DNA of 64,000 nucleotides from an uncultured Gaiellales bacterium (GCA_964592075.1 CAZQDY010000001.1:60399-124398), one strand, 5' to 3'. Shown: positions 47,285-57,602, numbered from the stretch's first letter. Notes: generated from the letters alone by a model not told the origin. Translations and numbers: made by a program.

Positions 47285-48598
47285 CTACCTGTTGGCGCTC
47301 TCGAAGTAGCCCTGGAGCATGATCTCCCCGTCCATGATCAGACTGATGGGAACGGGACGCACCAGCGCTCTGTTCACCCCGAACCTCTCCATGCCGCCCA
47401 TACGCGCGTCCCCGAACGACGTCTTCACGTCTCCCACGTTGGTCATAGAATCCAGGGTGGCGAGGACGGCGGCCGGGTCGGTGCTGCCGGCCTTCTGCAT
47501 GGCCTGCACGAGTATCCATAGCTCGTCCCAGGCAAGCAGGCAGTCCGAGATCCACTCGTCCTTGAACGCCTCCTCGTAGCGCTGCATGATGTCGGCCATC
47601 AGCTCGGTGGGTTCGCTGGGGTTGATGCCGTTGCAGAAGAAGTCGGTGCATGCCTCCGGACCGGCGACACGCACATGGACCTCCGGCCCCATCGGGGAGT
47701 TGGCAAGGATGGGCCCTGTGAAGCCCAACTGCCGCGCGGCCTGGAGCTGATAGGGGCTCTGCGCGCTCACCATGATGAATATGGCGTCGGGCTGGAAGGA
47801 CAGGAGCTTCGTGTAGGTAGGCACGAAGTCGCTGATGCCGAACGCCCACTTCTCCGCGCCTATCACCTCGAAACCACGCTCCTTGGCGGCCGCGGTGAAG
47901 TCCTCGATCTGGCCCTCGAAGCCCACGTCGGGCTGCGACACGGCTATGGTCTTCACGTCGGGGTACTTCTCCTTGAGGAAGTCCAAATCGGCTGTGTGGG
48001 CATCGTCGAAGCTGTTGCTCAACCGGACCAGAAGGTCCTTGTCGGCGCCGATGTCGGCCGGGTTGCCCGGTGTGTTGGCCGAGGCGATCACGTGAAGAAC
48101 GCCGTTCTGCTTCGCCACGTCGTAGACGGCCGCGGTGGCGCCGTCCATGACCTCGCCGAACAGGACCGTCGCCCCGTCTTGGATGAGCTTCCTCGCCGCG
48201 GCGCCGGCCGAGTCTGCCTGGCCCTTGCCGTCCTCCTTCAGGACCTTGATGGTGTAGGTGTCGTCACCGATCTTGACCCCGCCCTCTTCGTTCACCTTCT
48301 CGGCGTAGAGGTCGTAGCCCCGGTTCCAGGAGAGGCCGACGACGCTGAGCGCGCCGCTCATCGGCATGACGGTGCCCACCACCAGCTCCTTCACTTCCCC
48401 GGTGGCCTGCGTGGTCTCCGTCGAGCCGGCCCCGGTGGTGTCGGTGGATCCGCCGCCGGTGGTAGCGCTCGTGGGTGGCACCGCAGTGGTTTCGGAGCTC
48501 GAGGGGACGCCGTCCTCACCACAGCCGGCCACCCCCAGCGCGAACACGATCAGCAAAGCGCAAGCTAGATAGATTCCGATCCTCGACCAGGTTCTCAT
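47285..48598 (-). CDS. HAAT-type ABC substrate-binding lipoprotein
   Basis: Start re-chosen at ATG 48598. Signal peptide with lipobox VAGC, Thr/Ser/Gly stalk, LVVGTVMPMSGALS, INEEGG-like NEEGGVKIG. Confidence 0.88.
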   Translation of the reverse strand: MRTWSRIGIYLACALLIVFALGVAGCGEDGVPSSSETTAVPPTSATTGGGSTDTTGAGSTETTQATGEVKELVVGTVMPMSGALSVVGLSWNRGYDLYAEKVNEEGGVKIGDDTYTIKVLKEDGKGQADSAGAAARKLIQDGATVLFGEVMDGATAAVYDVAKQNGVLHVIASANTPGNPADIGADKDLLVRLSNSFDDAHTADLDFLKEKYPDVKTIAVSQPDVGFEGQIEDFTAAAKERGFEVIGAEKWAFGISDFVPTYTKLLSFQPDAIFIMVSAQSPYQLQAARQLGFTGPILANSPMGPEVHVRVAGPEACTDFFCNGINPSEPTELMADIMQRYEEAFKDEWISDCLLAWDELWILVQAMQKAGSTDPAAVLATLDSMTNVGDVKTSFGDARMGGMERFGVNRALVRPVPISLIMDGEIMLQGYFESANR

Positions 48599-48698
48599 AC
48601 CATCTCCATTCCTTGATCGTCCCCTAGATCGTCCCTCGAATCTCCTGTCGATCGTCACGTCGTCGGCCCAAGCCCTCGTCCCGCATTCACCTCCGTGT

Positions 48699-50414
48699 CT
48701 ATCCGAGTCCGTCGTCGTATACCAGCCGGCCACCCACCACGGTGGCCACGTTCTTGATCGTGTGGATCTCCTCCGGGGGTATGGAGAGGATGTCGCGGTC
48801 GAGCACACAGAGATCTGCGAGCTTGCCCGGTTCGATCGAACCCTTGAGATGGTCCATGTGGTCCTGCCAGGCGCTTCCCATTGTGAACAGCCGTATGGCC
48901 TCGCTCACCCCGATGCATTCCCGAGGCCCCCGGACCGTGCCGGTGGCCCTGGACTTGCGGAGCACAGCCGCCTCCACGCCCCGCAACCAGTCGGGCTCCG
49001 CGACCGGCGCGTCGGAGGAGCCGCTGACGTGGACTCCGGCATCCAAGAGGGAGCGCAACGGGAACTGGCGTTCGGAGGCGGCGATGCCCACCATGCGGTC
49101 CATGGCGTCAGAGAACGTCCACTTCAGAATCGGCTGAGGACAGACTCCGATGCCGTGACGCGCTGCCCGGGCGATGTCGGCCTCGTTGATGAAGTCGCTG
49201 TGTATCAGGTAGTGGCGGAGCTCGCGAGGATCCTCCTCCTGCGCCATGACTATGGCGTCGATGCACGCCTCGATGCCCTTGTCCCCCACAACGTGTATCC
49301 CGCACTGGAACCCCTGCCTGTGAGCGAACCCCACCATGGCGACGAGTTGCCGGTACCGTTCTTCCTCCGTCGCGCCCGGGGTCATTAGGCAGCCGTTGCC
49401 GCCGTCGGGGTAGTCTTCGTGCATGAGGGCGGTCTTGGTCTGCGGCACCCCGTCACCGAAGAGCTTGACGCCGCCGATCTTGAGCCACTCGTTCCCGAAA
49501 TCGGAGTGAAAGCCCATCCGGGGTATGTTCTTCTGGAGTTCCGACAGTGACAGCGACGCCCCATACTCGCCGAACAGATAGAGGATGTTCACGCGGCAGG
49601 TGAGCGCGCCTTCGTTGTGAAGGTCGTTGTAGACGCTGATGCACTCGGAGCCGAGCAGACCACCCTGGAAGTCCATGCCGCCAGGGCCCAAGGACGGGTC
49701 GGTGACGCTGGTGATGCCCCGGGAGTTGAGATCGCGCATCACCGCGACGATGCCGTCTCGCTTCTCCTGGCGGGTCCAGGGCGGCACCGCCTTCATCAGC
49801 AGGCCTTGAGCCGGCAGCTCCCGCAGCATGCCGTTAGGCAGGCCGGTCGCCGGGTCCTTGACGATCTCCGACCCCGACTCGGTCGGCGTCTCGCCTGTGA
49901 TCCCCGCCAGCTCCAGCGCCCGGCTGTTGGCCACCAACACGTGTTGGGTGAAGTCGACGAGGTACACCGGGTTGTCGGGGGCGACCTCATCGATGTCAAA
50001 GCGGGTCATGCGGCGGGACGGGTCGGCTAGACACTCCTCGAGATAGCCCTCGTCCCAGCCGTTCCCACGGATCCACTCTCCCGGCTTCGACCTCGCGACC
50101 TGTGCCCTCACCAGCTCCTTTATGTCGCCGATGGACTTCACCGCCGGGTAGCTGAGGTCCAGCGTCAGCGGCGGCCGGTTGCCTCCGTATGTGGCGGTAT
50201 GCAGATGGCAGTCGTTGATGCCCGGCAGCACCGTCCTGCCGCCCAGGTCCACGATCCTGGTGGATCTCCCCGCCAGGCCCCTCACGTCGGCGTCCGAGCC
50301 GACCGCCACGATCCTGTCACCCTTGATGGCCAACCCATCAGCGATCGAATCGTGCCGATCGATCGTCACGATCTTCCCCCCGACGTAACAGACGTCAGGC
50401 ACACACCAACCCAT
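48699..50414 (-). CDS. YtcJ/NfdA-like amidohydrolase (Amidohydro_3)
   Basis: Start ATG 50414. GGKIVT, IKGDRIVAVG, DLGGRTVLPGINDCHLH, IHVVGD, LIHSD, SSDAPV, GSIEPGKLADLCVLD. Confidence 0.9.
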   Translation of the reverse strand: MGWCVPDVCYVGGKIVTIDRHDSIADGLAIKGDRIVAVGSDADVRGLAGRSTRIVDLGGRTVLPGINDCHLHTATYGGNRPPLTLDLSYPAVKSIGDIKELVRAQVARSKPGEWIRGNGWDEGYLEECLADPSRRMTRFDIDEVAPDNPVYLVDFTQHVLVANSRALELAGITGETPTESGSEIVKDPATGLPNGMLRELPAQGLLMKAVPPWTRQEKRDGIVAVMRDLNSRGITSVTDPSLGPGGMDFQGGLLGSECISVYNDLHNEGALTCRVNILYLFGEYGASLSLSELQKNIPRMGFHSDFGNEWLKIGGVKLFGDGVPQTKTALMHEDYPDGGNGCLMTPGATEEERYRQLVAMVGFAHRQGFQCGIHVVGDKGIEACIDAIVMAQEEDPRELRHYLIHSDFINEADIARAARHGIGVCPQPILKWTFSDAMDRMVGIAASERQFPLRSLLDAGVHVSGSSDAPVAEPDWLRGVEAAVLRKSRATGTVRGPRECIGVSEAIRLFTMGSAWQDHMDHLKGSIEPGKLADLCVLDRDILSIPPEEIHTIKNVATVVGGRLVYDDGLG

Positions 50415-50434
50415 GGGACCTCTCTTCCCGATGT

Positions 50435-51427
50435 TTAAGACTGGTCCGAGGCATCCTCGCCGCTGTTCTCTTGCGGCAGTGGAGCGCCCGGCGACGAGCC
50501 AAGCAGAGGGCCGGCCGGGGCGGACTCGGCGATCTCTTGGATCGACTCCTCGTAACGCTCGATCAAGCTGTCGATGTTCACGGCGCCGCTCAGCGCGGCG
50601 TGAACGGCCATGTAGAGCCAGAGATGGGCGCGGAGCACGTCGGCCGGCGTGTAGGTGTCGTCCCAGGTGGACCGCACGTAGGTGTTGTCGAAGGCCCCCA
50701 CGAGCGCGTATGCGATGAGCTCGTCGGGAACGGGCGAAGGCGGGGCTCCCGAGGGACGCATGTCCGCGAGATCCGCCATGATATGTCCCAGCACCTTTCC
50801 CCAGGCGTTTTCGATGGGACCGCGGAAGTCGGCGTCTCTCTGTATCTCCCCCGAACGGATGAGGGTCATGACGTCCACGCCCATGGCGCGCGACCGCAGG
50901 TTGCCGGTCACCTTGTAGAGGAGCCTCTGCCCCACGTCGGCGGTGCCGGCGAGTTGGGGAGCCAGAAGGGCCATGTTGGAGTCCACAAACGCGGAGAAGC
51001 ACTCCGCCAGGAGTTGGCTCTTGCCCGTGAAATGGCCGTAGAACACGTGGGGGGTTATCCCGGCCTTCTCGATGATGGTCGATACGTGCGTGCCTTCGTA
51101 CCCGTAGGCGACGAAATGCTCGGCGGCTACCTGGACGATCCTCTGGTGGATGCGTTCGCGCTCGCGCCACGCGAGATGCGTGCTGTTCTCGTTCGCCGAA
51201 TCCACGGCCGGCCTCAGTTCCTTCTTGATCTCCGCCAGGGAGAGACCGTCCCGCTTGAGCTGCTCGATGCGCTTGAGAATCCGAACGTGGTCGCTGGAAT
51301 AGAGCGAACGGCTTGCGGCGGTCTTCGCGGCCTGCGGGAGCAGACCCCGCCGGATGTAGTAGTGGATGGTGGTACGCGTGACGCCGGTCAACCGCTCCAA
51401 GGCTGAGATCGTCAGTGTCTCGGTCAT
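50435..51427 (-). CDS. MerR-HTH / TetR double-DNA-binding-domain fusion regulator
   Basis: N-terminal ISALERLTGVTRTTIHYYIRRGLL...RSLYS (MerR), then AAEHFVAYGYEGTHVSTIIEKAGITPHVFYGHF (TetR). Confidence 0.85.
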   Translation of the reverse strand: MTETLTISALERLTGVTRTTIHYYIRRGLLPQAAKTAASRSLYSSDHVRILKRIEQLKRDGLSLAEIKKELRPAVDSANENSTHLAWRERERIHQRIVQVAAEHFVAYGYEGTHVSTIIEKAGITPHVFYGHFTGKSQLLAECFSAFVDSNMALLAPQLAGTADVGQRLLYKVTGNLRSRAMGVDVMTLIRSGEIQRDADFRGPIENAWGKVLGHIMADLADMRPSGAPPSPVPDELIAYALVGAFDNTYVRSTWDDTYTPADVLRAHLWLYMAVHAALSGAVNIDSLIERYEESIQEIAESAPAGPLLGSSPGAPLPQENSGEDASDQS

Positions 51428-51481
51428 GCGCGAGCCCCTCCCCTACGCCACGTCGCAGACGCCGATGCGGGTCACGCTCAC

Positions 51482-51556
51482 ATCCTACGACCGGGGGACG
51501 GGGTTGTCAATGACTCGGGTCTGGATTACGGGTCCTTGAGTCGGCGTAATGACTCA
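51482..51556 (-). promoter_or_regulatory. Sigma70-type promoter of the MerR-TetR gene with upstream repeated TGACTC/GAGTCA boxes
   Basis: Minus strand TTGACA (51510-51505), 17 bp, TAGGAT (51487-51482). AATGACTC occurs at 51509 and 51548; TGAGTC-N8-GACTCA spans 51537-51556. Confidence 0.7.
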
Positions 51557-51573
51557 CGGCGGGCGCACGGACC

Positions 51574-52509
51574 CTATCGCGGAACGGCCGCCTTCCCCCC
51601 TCCCAGGCTGAGGACCGCGATCCCCACGATCGCGATACCCATGCCGATCAACTTCTGGAGGGGCGGAACGTGAGCGAAAACCAGGAACTCGAACAGCGCC
51701 ACCAGGATGGAGTTGGAGCCGGTGATGGCCGTGGCCGGCCCTCCCGGTCCCTTGGTGACTGCCAGCTTCAGGAACAGCATGCCCATGGCCAGCGTGATCC
51801 CGGCCAATACCGCCCACAGAATCAGGGACGCCTCCTGCATCCCAGGCAGATGGCCGTAGCGGACAAGGCAGTAGCCGACGGCCAGCACCCCGCATACCCC
51901 GGCCGCCAGCCAGAGCACTGCCGTGGTGGTGACCGAGTCGCTGCCATGATGACCGGCGTACTTCAGCAGAAAGTTCGTCACCCCGAAGAGGGCCATAGTG
52001 GCAAGGCCGAAGAACAGGCCCCGGGCGCTGGAGCCCGCCCCGGTCCCCAGCGCCATGACGATGATCCCTCCGATGATCACCAGCATGCCGGCCACCTGCC
52101 ACCTGCTCAACCTCTCCCGGAGGATCAAGAAAGCCCCCAGCGCGACGATCATGGCGTTCGTGGAGCTGATGGCCACGATGGGGCCCTTTGCGTCGGGGTC
52201 GCTCGCCAGCCCCAGCTTCAGTGTGAGCATGGCGGCAGAGAGAGTGACGCCGGCGGCGGCCGCTACCCACACAAAACGGCGTGACGGCAGGCCCTTGTAG
52301 CCCCGGCCGCGGAGTTTGAAGACCGCCGCCGCGGCGATCCCGACCGCCCCCATGGTCAGCCAGAGGATGAAGGGCGCGGTCACCGGGGTGTCGGGGTTCC
52401 TCCCGCTCCACTCATAGATGGCGCCGAGCAGTGAGTTGGTGACGCCGTAGCAGAGGAACGACGCCAGAGCGTACGCCACCCAGGCGGGCAGTCTCAATCT
52501 GCCGGACAT
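51574..52509 (-). CDS. EamA/DMT superfamily transporter
   Basis: About 10 TM segments in two repeats (KGPIVAISSTN / GPATAITGSN). Confidence 0.85.
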   Translation of the reverse strand: MSGRLRLPAWVAYALASFLCYGVTNSLLGAIYEWSGRNPDTPVTAPFILWLTMGAVGIAAAAVFKLRGRGYKGLPSRRFVWVAAAAGVTLSAAMLTLKLGLASDPDAKGPIVAISSTNAMIVALGAFLILRERLSRWQVAGMLVIIGGIIVMALGTGAGSSARGLFFGLATMALFGVTNFLLKYAGHHGSDSVTTTAVLWLAAGVCGVLAVGYCLVRYGHLPGMQEASLILWAVLAGITLAMGMLFLKLAVTKGPGGPATAITGSNSILVALFEFLVFAHVPPLQKLIGMGIAIVGIAVLSLGGGKAAVPR

Positions 52510-52716
52510 GCTTCAGTGTGGAGCGGCCGCCTCATGCCCCGTTCCCCTCTCTGTCATACATCGGTGGCGCTCCGCAGAGACTAGGGAGCGCGGCGGCTAC
52601 TGTCAACAAGCGGCATGGACCGGCCCCACGGTCTCGTTTCGACGGAGCGCGTAAAGGCGTGCGCTCATGCGGTCGATAATCCCCGTGTGTCGCGCGCTAT
52701 GCAGAAAGGGGGCCTG

Positions 52717-54231
52717 GTGGGGATACTGCGATGGGTCGAGGGGATGACGATCCCGAATCGCGTGCGCTTCGGGTACGCGGTGGTGTTGGTGCTCATCATC
52801 GCCATGCTGATCGTGGGTGTTCTCGAGCTCAGAGCGCTCGACACAGGGTTCAGGACGCACAGCGACAAGATGCGCGTGCAGCTCGCGGCCGCCAATCAGG
52901 TGGAGCTGAAGGCGATCGACATGGTCGCAGGCTCCACAGGCCTGAACGTCGCTTCGCTCGTGACTCTCGTGAACGATCAGCAGAAGAACGGTCAGGAAAC
53001 CGGCTATCTGGGCGAGGCGGTGGCCGAACTCACACCCGTCCTTGACTCTCTCGCCACGATGGAAGCGGCCGGCTCGGAGGGTGCGGCCGCCATCGAAAGC
53101 ATGAGAAGCCTGATCGCGGAGCACGAGCAGGCCGCGAAGTCGGCCTATTCGGTGGCTTCGTCCAACATCCAGCAGGCGCTGGCCGACGTCCAGGAGCAGG
53201 TCCTCCCCGTAGCGCAGAAGCTCCAGGAGGCCGCGGGCGCGTATAGAGAGAGTGTGAACGCCCGCGAGGAGGCCGGGGCGAACGACCTCTCGCGGAAGGC
53301 CGCCACCATGTGGATCATCATGCTGGCGTTGGGCGCCTGCGTGGTGGGTCTGTGCATATTCGCCGCCTTGCGGGTGGCCTCGTCCGTCAAGAAACGGCTC
53401 CAGGAGGCCAGCCTGAGCATCAGCGGTTCCGCCACGGAGCTCAGAGCCGTGGCCTCCCAGGTGGCGGCCAGCGCCGCTCAGACGGCGGCCTCCACCAACG
53501 AGACCACAGCCACCGTGGAAGAGGTGAAGCAGACCGTGCAGATGGCCAACGAGAAGGCCTCCCAGGTGGCCGACAGCTCGCAGAACGTGACTCACGTGGC
53601 GGAGACCGGCCGGGCCACGGTGGAAGAGACCATGGCGGCCTTCGAGCGCATCCAGAACCAGATGGCGGTAGTGGGCGAGACGGTCAACCGGCTGAGCGAC
53701 CAGACCCAGGCCGTGAGCGACATAATAGGCACCGTGAACGACATCGCAGAGCAGTCGAACCTGCTCTCCGTGAACGCCTCCATAGAGGCGGCCAAAGCCG
53801 GCGACCAGGGGAAGGGATTCACCGTGGTGGCCCAAGAGGTGAAGAACCTCGCCGAGCAGTCCAAGCAGGCCGTGTCCCAGGTGCGAGACATCTTGGGCGA
53901 GATCCGGAAGGCCGGCTCCATGGCGGTGCAGGCGGCCGAGCAGGGCCGGGAGGCCATCGAAGCCGGCCGCCGGCAGTCTCTGGAGTCGGGAGAGGCCGTG
54001 CAGACCCTGGCCGACACCGCCACCGAGGCTGCTCAATCCGCCGTGCAGATCTCCGCTTCCAGCCGCCAGCAGTTAGCCGGTATGGAGCAGATCAGCCAGG
54101 CCATCGAGAGCATCAACCAAGCCGGCGCCCAGGCGGCGGCCGGCACCCGCCAGGTCGAGGAAGAAGTCCAGCGACTGCAGGAGCTCGCCTTGGGCTTGAA
54201 GCGTCTCGTGGACGCGCGCGCCACCGCGTAG
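52717..54231 (+). CDS. Methyl-accepting chemotaxis protein
   Basis: Two TM segments flank an extracellular helical domain. Hairpin tip [40 protein letters not shown]. Start uncertain (GTG 52717 after AAGGGGG). Confidence 0.92.
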   Translation: MGILRWVEGMTIPNRVRFGYAVVLVLIIAMLIVGVLELRALDTGFRTHSDKMRVQLAAANQVELKAIDMVAGSTGLNVASLVTLVNDQQKNGQETGYLGEAVAELTPVLDSLATMEAAGSEGAAAIESMRSLIAEHEQAAKSAYSVASSNIQQALADVQEQVLPVAQKLQEAAGAYRESVNAREEAGANDLSRKAATMWIIMLALGACVVGLCIFAALRVASSVKKRLQEASLSISGSATELRAVASQVAASAAQTAASTNETTATVEEVKQTVQMANEKASQVADSSQNVTHVAETGRATVEETMAAFERIQNQMAVVGETVNRLSDQTQAVSDIIGTVNDIAEQSNLLSVNASIEAAKAGDQGKGFTVVAQEVKNLAEQSKQAVSQVRDILGEIRKAGSMAVQAAEQGREAIEAGRRQSLESGEAVQTLADTATEAAQSAVQISASSRQQLAGMEQISQAIESINQAGAQAAAGTRQVEEEVQRLQELALGLKRLVDARATA

Positions 54232-54489
54232 ACGAGGCCGACCCCGAGGCTGAGAGCCCCACCGGCCTGGGTCGCGCGTCCACGCCCCAGGCCGGGACGG
54301 TCCACCCGTCCCGTATCGCGGAATACTTCTCCATGCCATAGATACCATGCTCTTCGCCGCCGATTCGCGCCGCGGGGTGGTCACGCGCTATGATGGTTTC
54401 GGGCCGCAGGGGGGATCCCACAGGACTATCCAGAGTCTCTGGGACCCCGCGTGCGCGCAACACAAACGCTTTTTGGAGGAGGGTAACCT

Positions 54490-55644
54490 GTGAGGTCCAA
54501 AACTCTACGCTCAGTCGTCCTTCTGGTGGCGGCGTTGGTCGTGGTCCTTTCGCTCGTAGCCTGCGGCGACGACGAGACGACCGACACCGCCGCGACCACC
54601 GCCACCACGGCCGGCGGCACCGAGACCACCGCCACGGCGTCGGCCCCCGACACCACGGCGACCACCGCGGCCGCCGGGTCGTTCGACGATTTCGAATACT
54701 ACGAGTTCTCGCTTTCCATGCACGACCCCGCGACGTCCAACAACGGCATGTTCTACCAGGCGTGGGCGGATGAGATCCTCGCCGCCACGGACGGCCACGT
54801 AAAAGTGGTCCTCTATCCCAGTTCGCAGCTCGCCGCCGCGGGTGACGTTGGCGAGATGGTAGAGACAGGCGCAGTGGACATCGGCTGGTTGTTCACCTCG
54901 TTCTACCCGGGCCAGTTCCCACTTACCGACGTCACGACCATCCCCATGGTCGGCTTCGGCGACGCCTTGGTCAGCACCAATACCCTGTGGGACCTCTACG
55001 AGAAGTATCCTGAGCTTCAGAACGAATGGTCTAAGTACAAGATGCTCAACCTCTACGGCAACCCGGGCATGCTCTTCTGCAGCGCCGACAAGCCCATCGA
55101 GAAGCCCGAGGACCTGGCTGGACTCGTCATGCGCACCCCGGCCGGCCCCATCACCGACCTCGTCACCAAGCTCGGCGCCAGCCCGATCGTGATGCCGCCG
55201 CCGGACATGTACGAGGCCCTGGAGAAGAAGAACATCACGGCATACGTCTTCGAACCCGCCGGCATCACCAACTTCAAGCTCGAGGAGGTCACCAAGTACT
55301 TCCTCGACATGCCGCTGTACGACGGCGCCTTCGGCCTGGTCATGAACTGGGATAAGTGGAACGCGCTTCCGCCGGAGTTCCAGGCGATCATCGAGGCCGC
55401 CACGGGCAGAACCGGCTCTCTCGCCGCCGCCCAGGACTTCAGCGACGCCGCAGCCGGTGCTCACAAGACCATCGCCGACGCGGGGGGCGAGTGGCTCACC
55501 CCGACCGCTGAAGCCGTCGCGGCCTTCCAGGCGGTCGCCAACGAAGTGAGCGCCGCCTGGCCCGCCACTGTCAAGCTCGAAGGGTTCGACGCCAACACCT
55601 ACATGCAGGATGCCGTCAACATCGCCAAGACCTACAGCAACTAG
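54490..55644 (+). CDS. dctP: TRAP transporter substrate-binding lipoprotein DctP
   Basis: Lipobox LVAC, Thr stalk, LYPSSQL, PGQFPLT, DLAGLVMRTP, PIVMPPPDMYEALEK, VMNWDKWNALP. Confidence 0.9.
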   Translation: MRSKTLRSVVLLVAALVVVLSLVACGDDETTDTAATTATTAGGTETTATASAPDTTATTAAAGSFDDFEYYEFSLSMHDPATSNNGMFYQAWADEILAATDGHVKVVLYPSSQLAAAGDVGEMVETGAVDIGWLFTSFYPGQFPLTDVTTIPMVGFGDALVSTNTLWDLYEKYPELQNEWSKYKMLNLYGNPGMLFCSADKPIEKPEDLAGLVMRTPAGPITDLVTKLGASPIVMPPPDMYEALEKKNITAYVFEPAGITNFKLEEVTKYFLDMPLYDGAFGLVMNWDKWNALPPEFQAIIEAATGRTGSLAAAQDFSDAAAGAHKTIADAGGEWLTPTAEAVAAFQAVANEVSAAWPATVKLEGFDANTYMQDAVNIAKTYSN

Positions 55645-55666
55645 GCTTGGCGCTCACGAACGCCGG

Positions 55667-55698
55667 ACCCGGCCGGGGGCATATCCCCCCGGCCGGGT
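55667..55698 (+). terminator. 13-bp stem-loop after dctP
   Basis: acccggccggggg-catatc-cccccggccgggt, followed by ttcat. Confidence 0.65.
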
Positions 55699-55761
55699 TT
55701 CATCCATCCTAGACAACGATCGCACCCGGTCCGCCGCCGGGACGAAAGGATCGAGACTCTC

Positions 55762-57060
55762 TTGTCTCCGGCAGTCATAGGCATTATCGCCATCATCATC
55801 TTCCTCATCCTCATCTTCCTGGGGATGAACATCGGGCTCGCGCTTCTGCTGGTCGGGTTCGTCGGCTACGCGGTGGTGGTCAACCCCTCCGCCGCCATTG
55901 GCCTCATCCGCAAGGTCCCCTCGACGCAAGCGAGCACCTACGCATTGATTGTGATACCCCTGTTCATCGCCATGGGCAATTTCGCGTTCCACGCGGGGCT
56001 GTCCGGCAGTCTTTACAGGGCGGGGAACCGCTGGCTGTCGTGGTTACCGGGCGGTCTCGCCGCCGGCACCGTGGCGGCGTCGGCGGGATTCGGGGCCATA
56101 TGCGGCTCCTGCGCCGCCACGTGCGCGACGATGGGCACCATCGCGCTACCCGAGATGCGCAAGCACAACTACGCCGACCGGCTGTCCACCGGGTCCATCG
56201 CCATGGGCGGCACGCTGGGCATCCTCATCCCGCCCAGCACGCCCATGATCATCTACTGCATCATGGCGGAGGAGTCCATCGGCAAGCAGTTCATCGCCGG
56301 CATCCTGCCGGGCATCATGCTGACGGTGCTCTGCATCGCCACCATCGTCGTCATGGTCAAGGCGAAACCCTCCCTCGCCCCCAAGCCGGAAAAGGCCACC
56401 TGGAGGGAACGCTTCTCTTCGCTGACGGGGCTATGGGGAGTGGTCGTGCTCTTCGGCGCTGTCCTGGGCGGCATGTTCTCGGGCTTCTTCTCGGTCAACC
56501 AGTCGGCCGCGATCGGCGCTTTCCTGGCCATCCTGCTGATGGCCGTCAACAGGAACCTGACCTGGCGGAACTTCAAGACCGCTCTCAAGGACACGGTCAC
56601 AACCTTCGGCATGACCTTTCTCATCATCATCGGGGCCAGTGTCTTCTCGAACTTCCTGGCCATCACGAAGATGCCCATGATGCTGGCCGACGGCCTCCAA
56701 TCCCTGGACGTGTCGTTCGGGGTGGTGCTGATCCTCATGACCATCGTCTACATCATCCTCGGCATGCTCATGGACGAGTTGCCCATGATCATGTTGACGG
56801 TGCCCATCTTCCTCCCCATCGTCGCCAGCTACGGGTACGACTTCATCTGGTTCGGCATCTACATCATCCTGGTCATGGAACTGGGCGCCATCGCCCCGCC
56901 GGTGGGCCTCAACTGCTTCATCATCCAGGGTGTAGCCAAGGACATCCCGCTGGGCACCATCTACAAAGGCGCCTTGCCGTTCGCCATCACGATCCTGATC
57001 GGGATCGTGCTCATCTACTTCTTCCCGCAGATCGTCCTGGTTCTTCCGAACCTTCTGTAG
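55762..57060 (+). CDS. dctM: TRAP transporter large permease DctM
   Basis: IPLFIAMG, GAICGS, GGTLGILIPPS, GILPG, PPVGLN. Confidence 0.93.
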   Translation: MSPAVIGIIAIIIFLILIFLGMNIGLALLLVGFVGYAVVVNPSAAIGLIRKVPSTQASTYALIVIPLFIAMGNFAFHAGLSGSLYRAGNRWLSWLPGGLAAGTVAASAGFGAICGSCAATCATMGTIALPEMRKHNYADRLSTGSIAMGGTLGILIPPSTPMIIYCIMAEESIGKQFIAGILPGIMLTVLCIATIVVMVKAKPSLAPKPEKATWRERFSSLTGLWGVVVLFGAVLGGMFSGFFSVNQSAAIGAFLAILLMAVNRNLTWRNFKTALKDTVTTFGMTFLIIIGASVFSNFLAITKMPMMLADGLQSLDVSFGVVLILMTIVYIILGMLMDELPMIMLTVPIFLPIVASYGYDFIWFGIYIILVMELGAIAPPVGLNCFIIQGVAKDIPLGTIYKGALPFAITILIGIVLIYFFPQIVLVLPNLL

Positions 57061-57070
57061 CAGGTGGACC

Positions 57071-57592
57071 ATGCTTAGACTTGACAAGACAGTGCGGAAG
57101 ATCACATTCGTGATGAGCCTGGTCAGCTACGCCGGCCTCCTTGCCATCATGCTGCTGAACGTCTCCGACGTGTTCACCACCAAGGCCTTCACCAAACCGA
57201 TATCCGGCGCATATGAGATCACCGAGGTGTTGCTCCTGTGCACGGTGATGGCCTCGTTCGCCTACGCGCAATCCCAGAAGACCCACATCAACATGAGCAT
57301 CGTGGTCAAGCACTTCCCCAGAGCCCTGAAGTTCGCCGTCTACGGGTTCATGGGACTGCTGGCCGCGGCGACCGCCGCCGCCGTCGGCTACGCGGCGATA
57401 CTTCAGACGCAGTCGGCCCTGGACAGAGGAGCCGAGACGGCCGTGCTCGCCATACCCATGTACCCGTTCTACATCGTCGAGGCCATCGCCATGTTCGTCT
57501 TCGCCATCGCGCTGCTCTACGACGCGTTGATGGCCTTCGGCGCCATCCGCAGCGACAGATACATGGAGTACGTGACCTCGGACTGGGCGTGA
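57071..57592 (+). CDS. dctQ: TRAP transporter small permease DctQ
   Basis: Four TM segments, PISGAYEITE, HINMSIV. Confidence 0.88.
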   Translation: MLRLDKTVRKITFVMSLVSYAGLLAIMLLNVSDVFTTKAFTKPISGAYEITEVLLLCTVMASFAYAQSQKTHINMSIVVKHFPRALKFAVYGFMGLLAAATAAAVGYAAILQTQSALDRGAETAVLAIPMYPFYIVEAIAMFVFAIALLYDALMAFGAIRSDRYMEYVTSDWA

Positions 57593-57602
57593 CGAAGGAG
57601 GC

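Noticed and set aside
54395-54480. Riboswitch in the dctP leader (hairpin around ggggatccca...tgggacccc)
   Set aside because: Some pairing is possible, but I cannot match TPP, cobalamin, glycine, SAM or c-di-GMP consensus elements. An Rfam/Infernal scan would decide.
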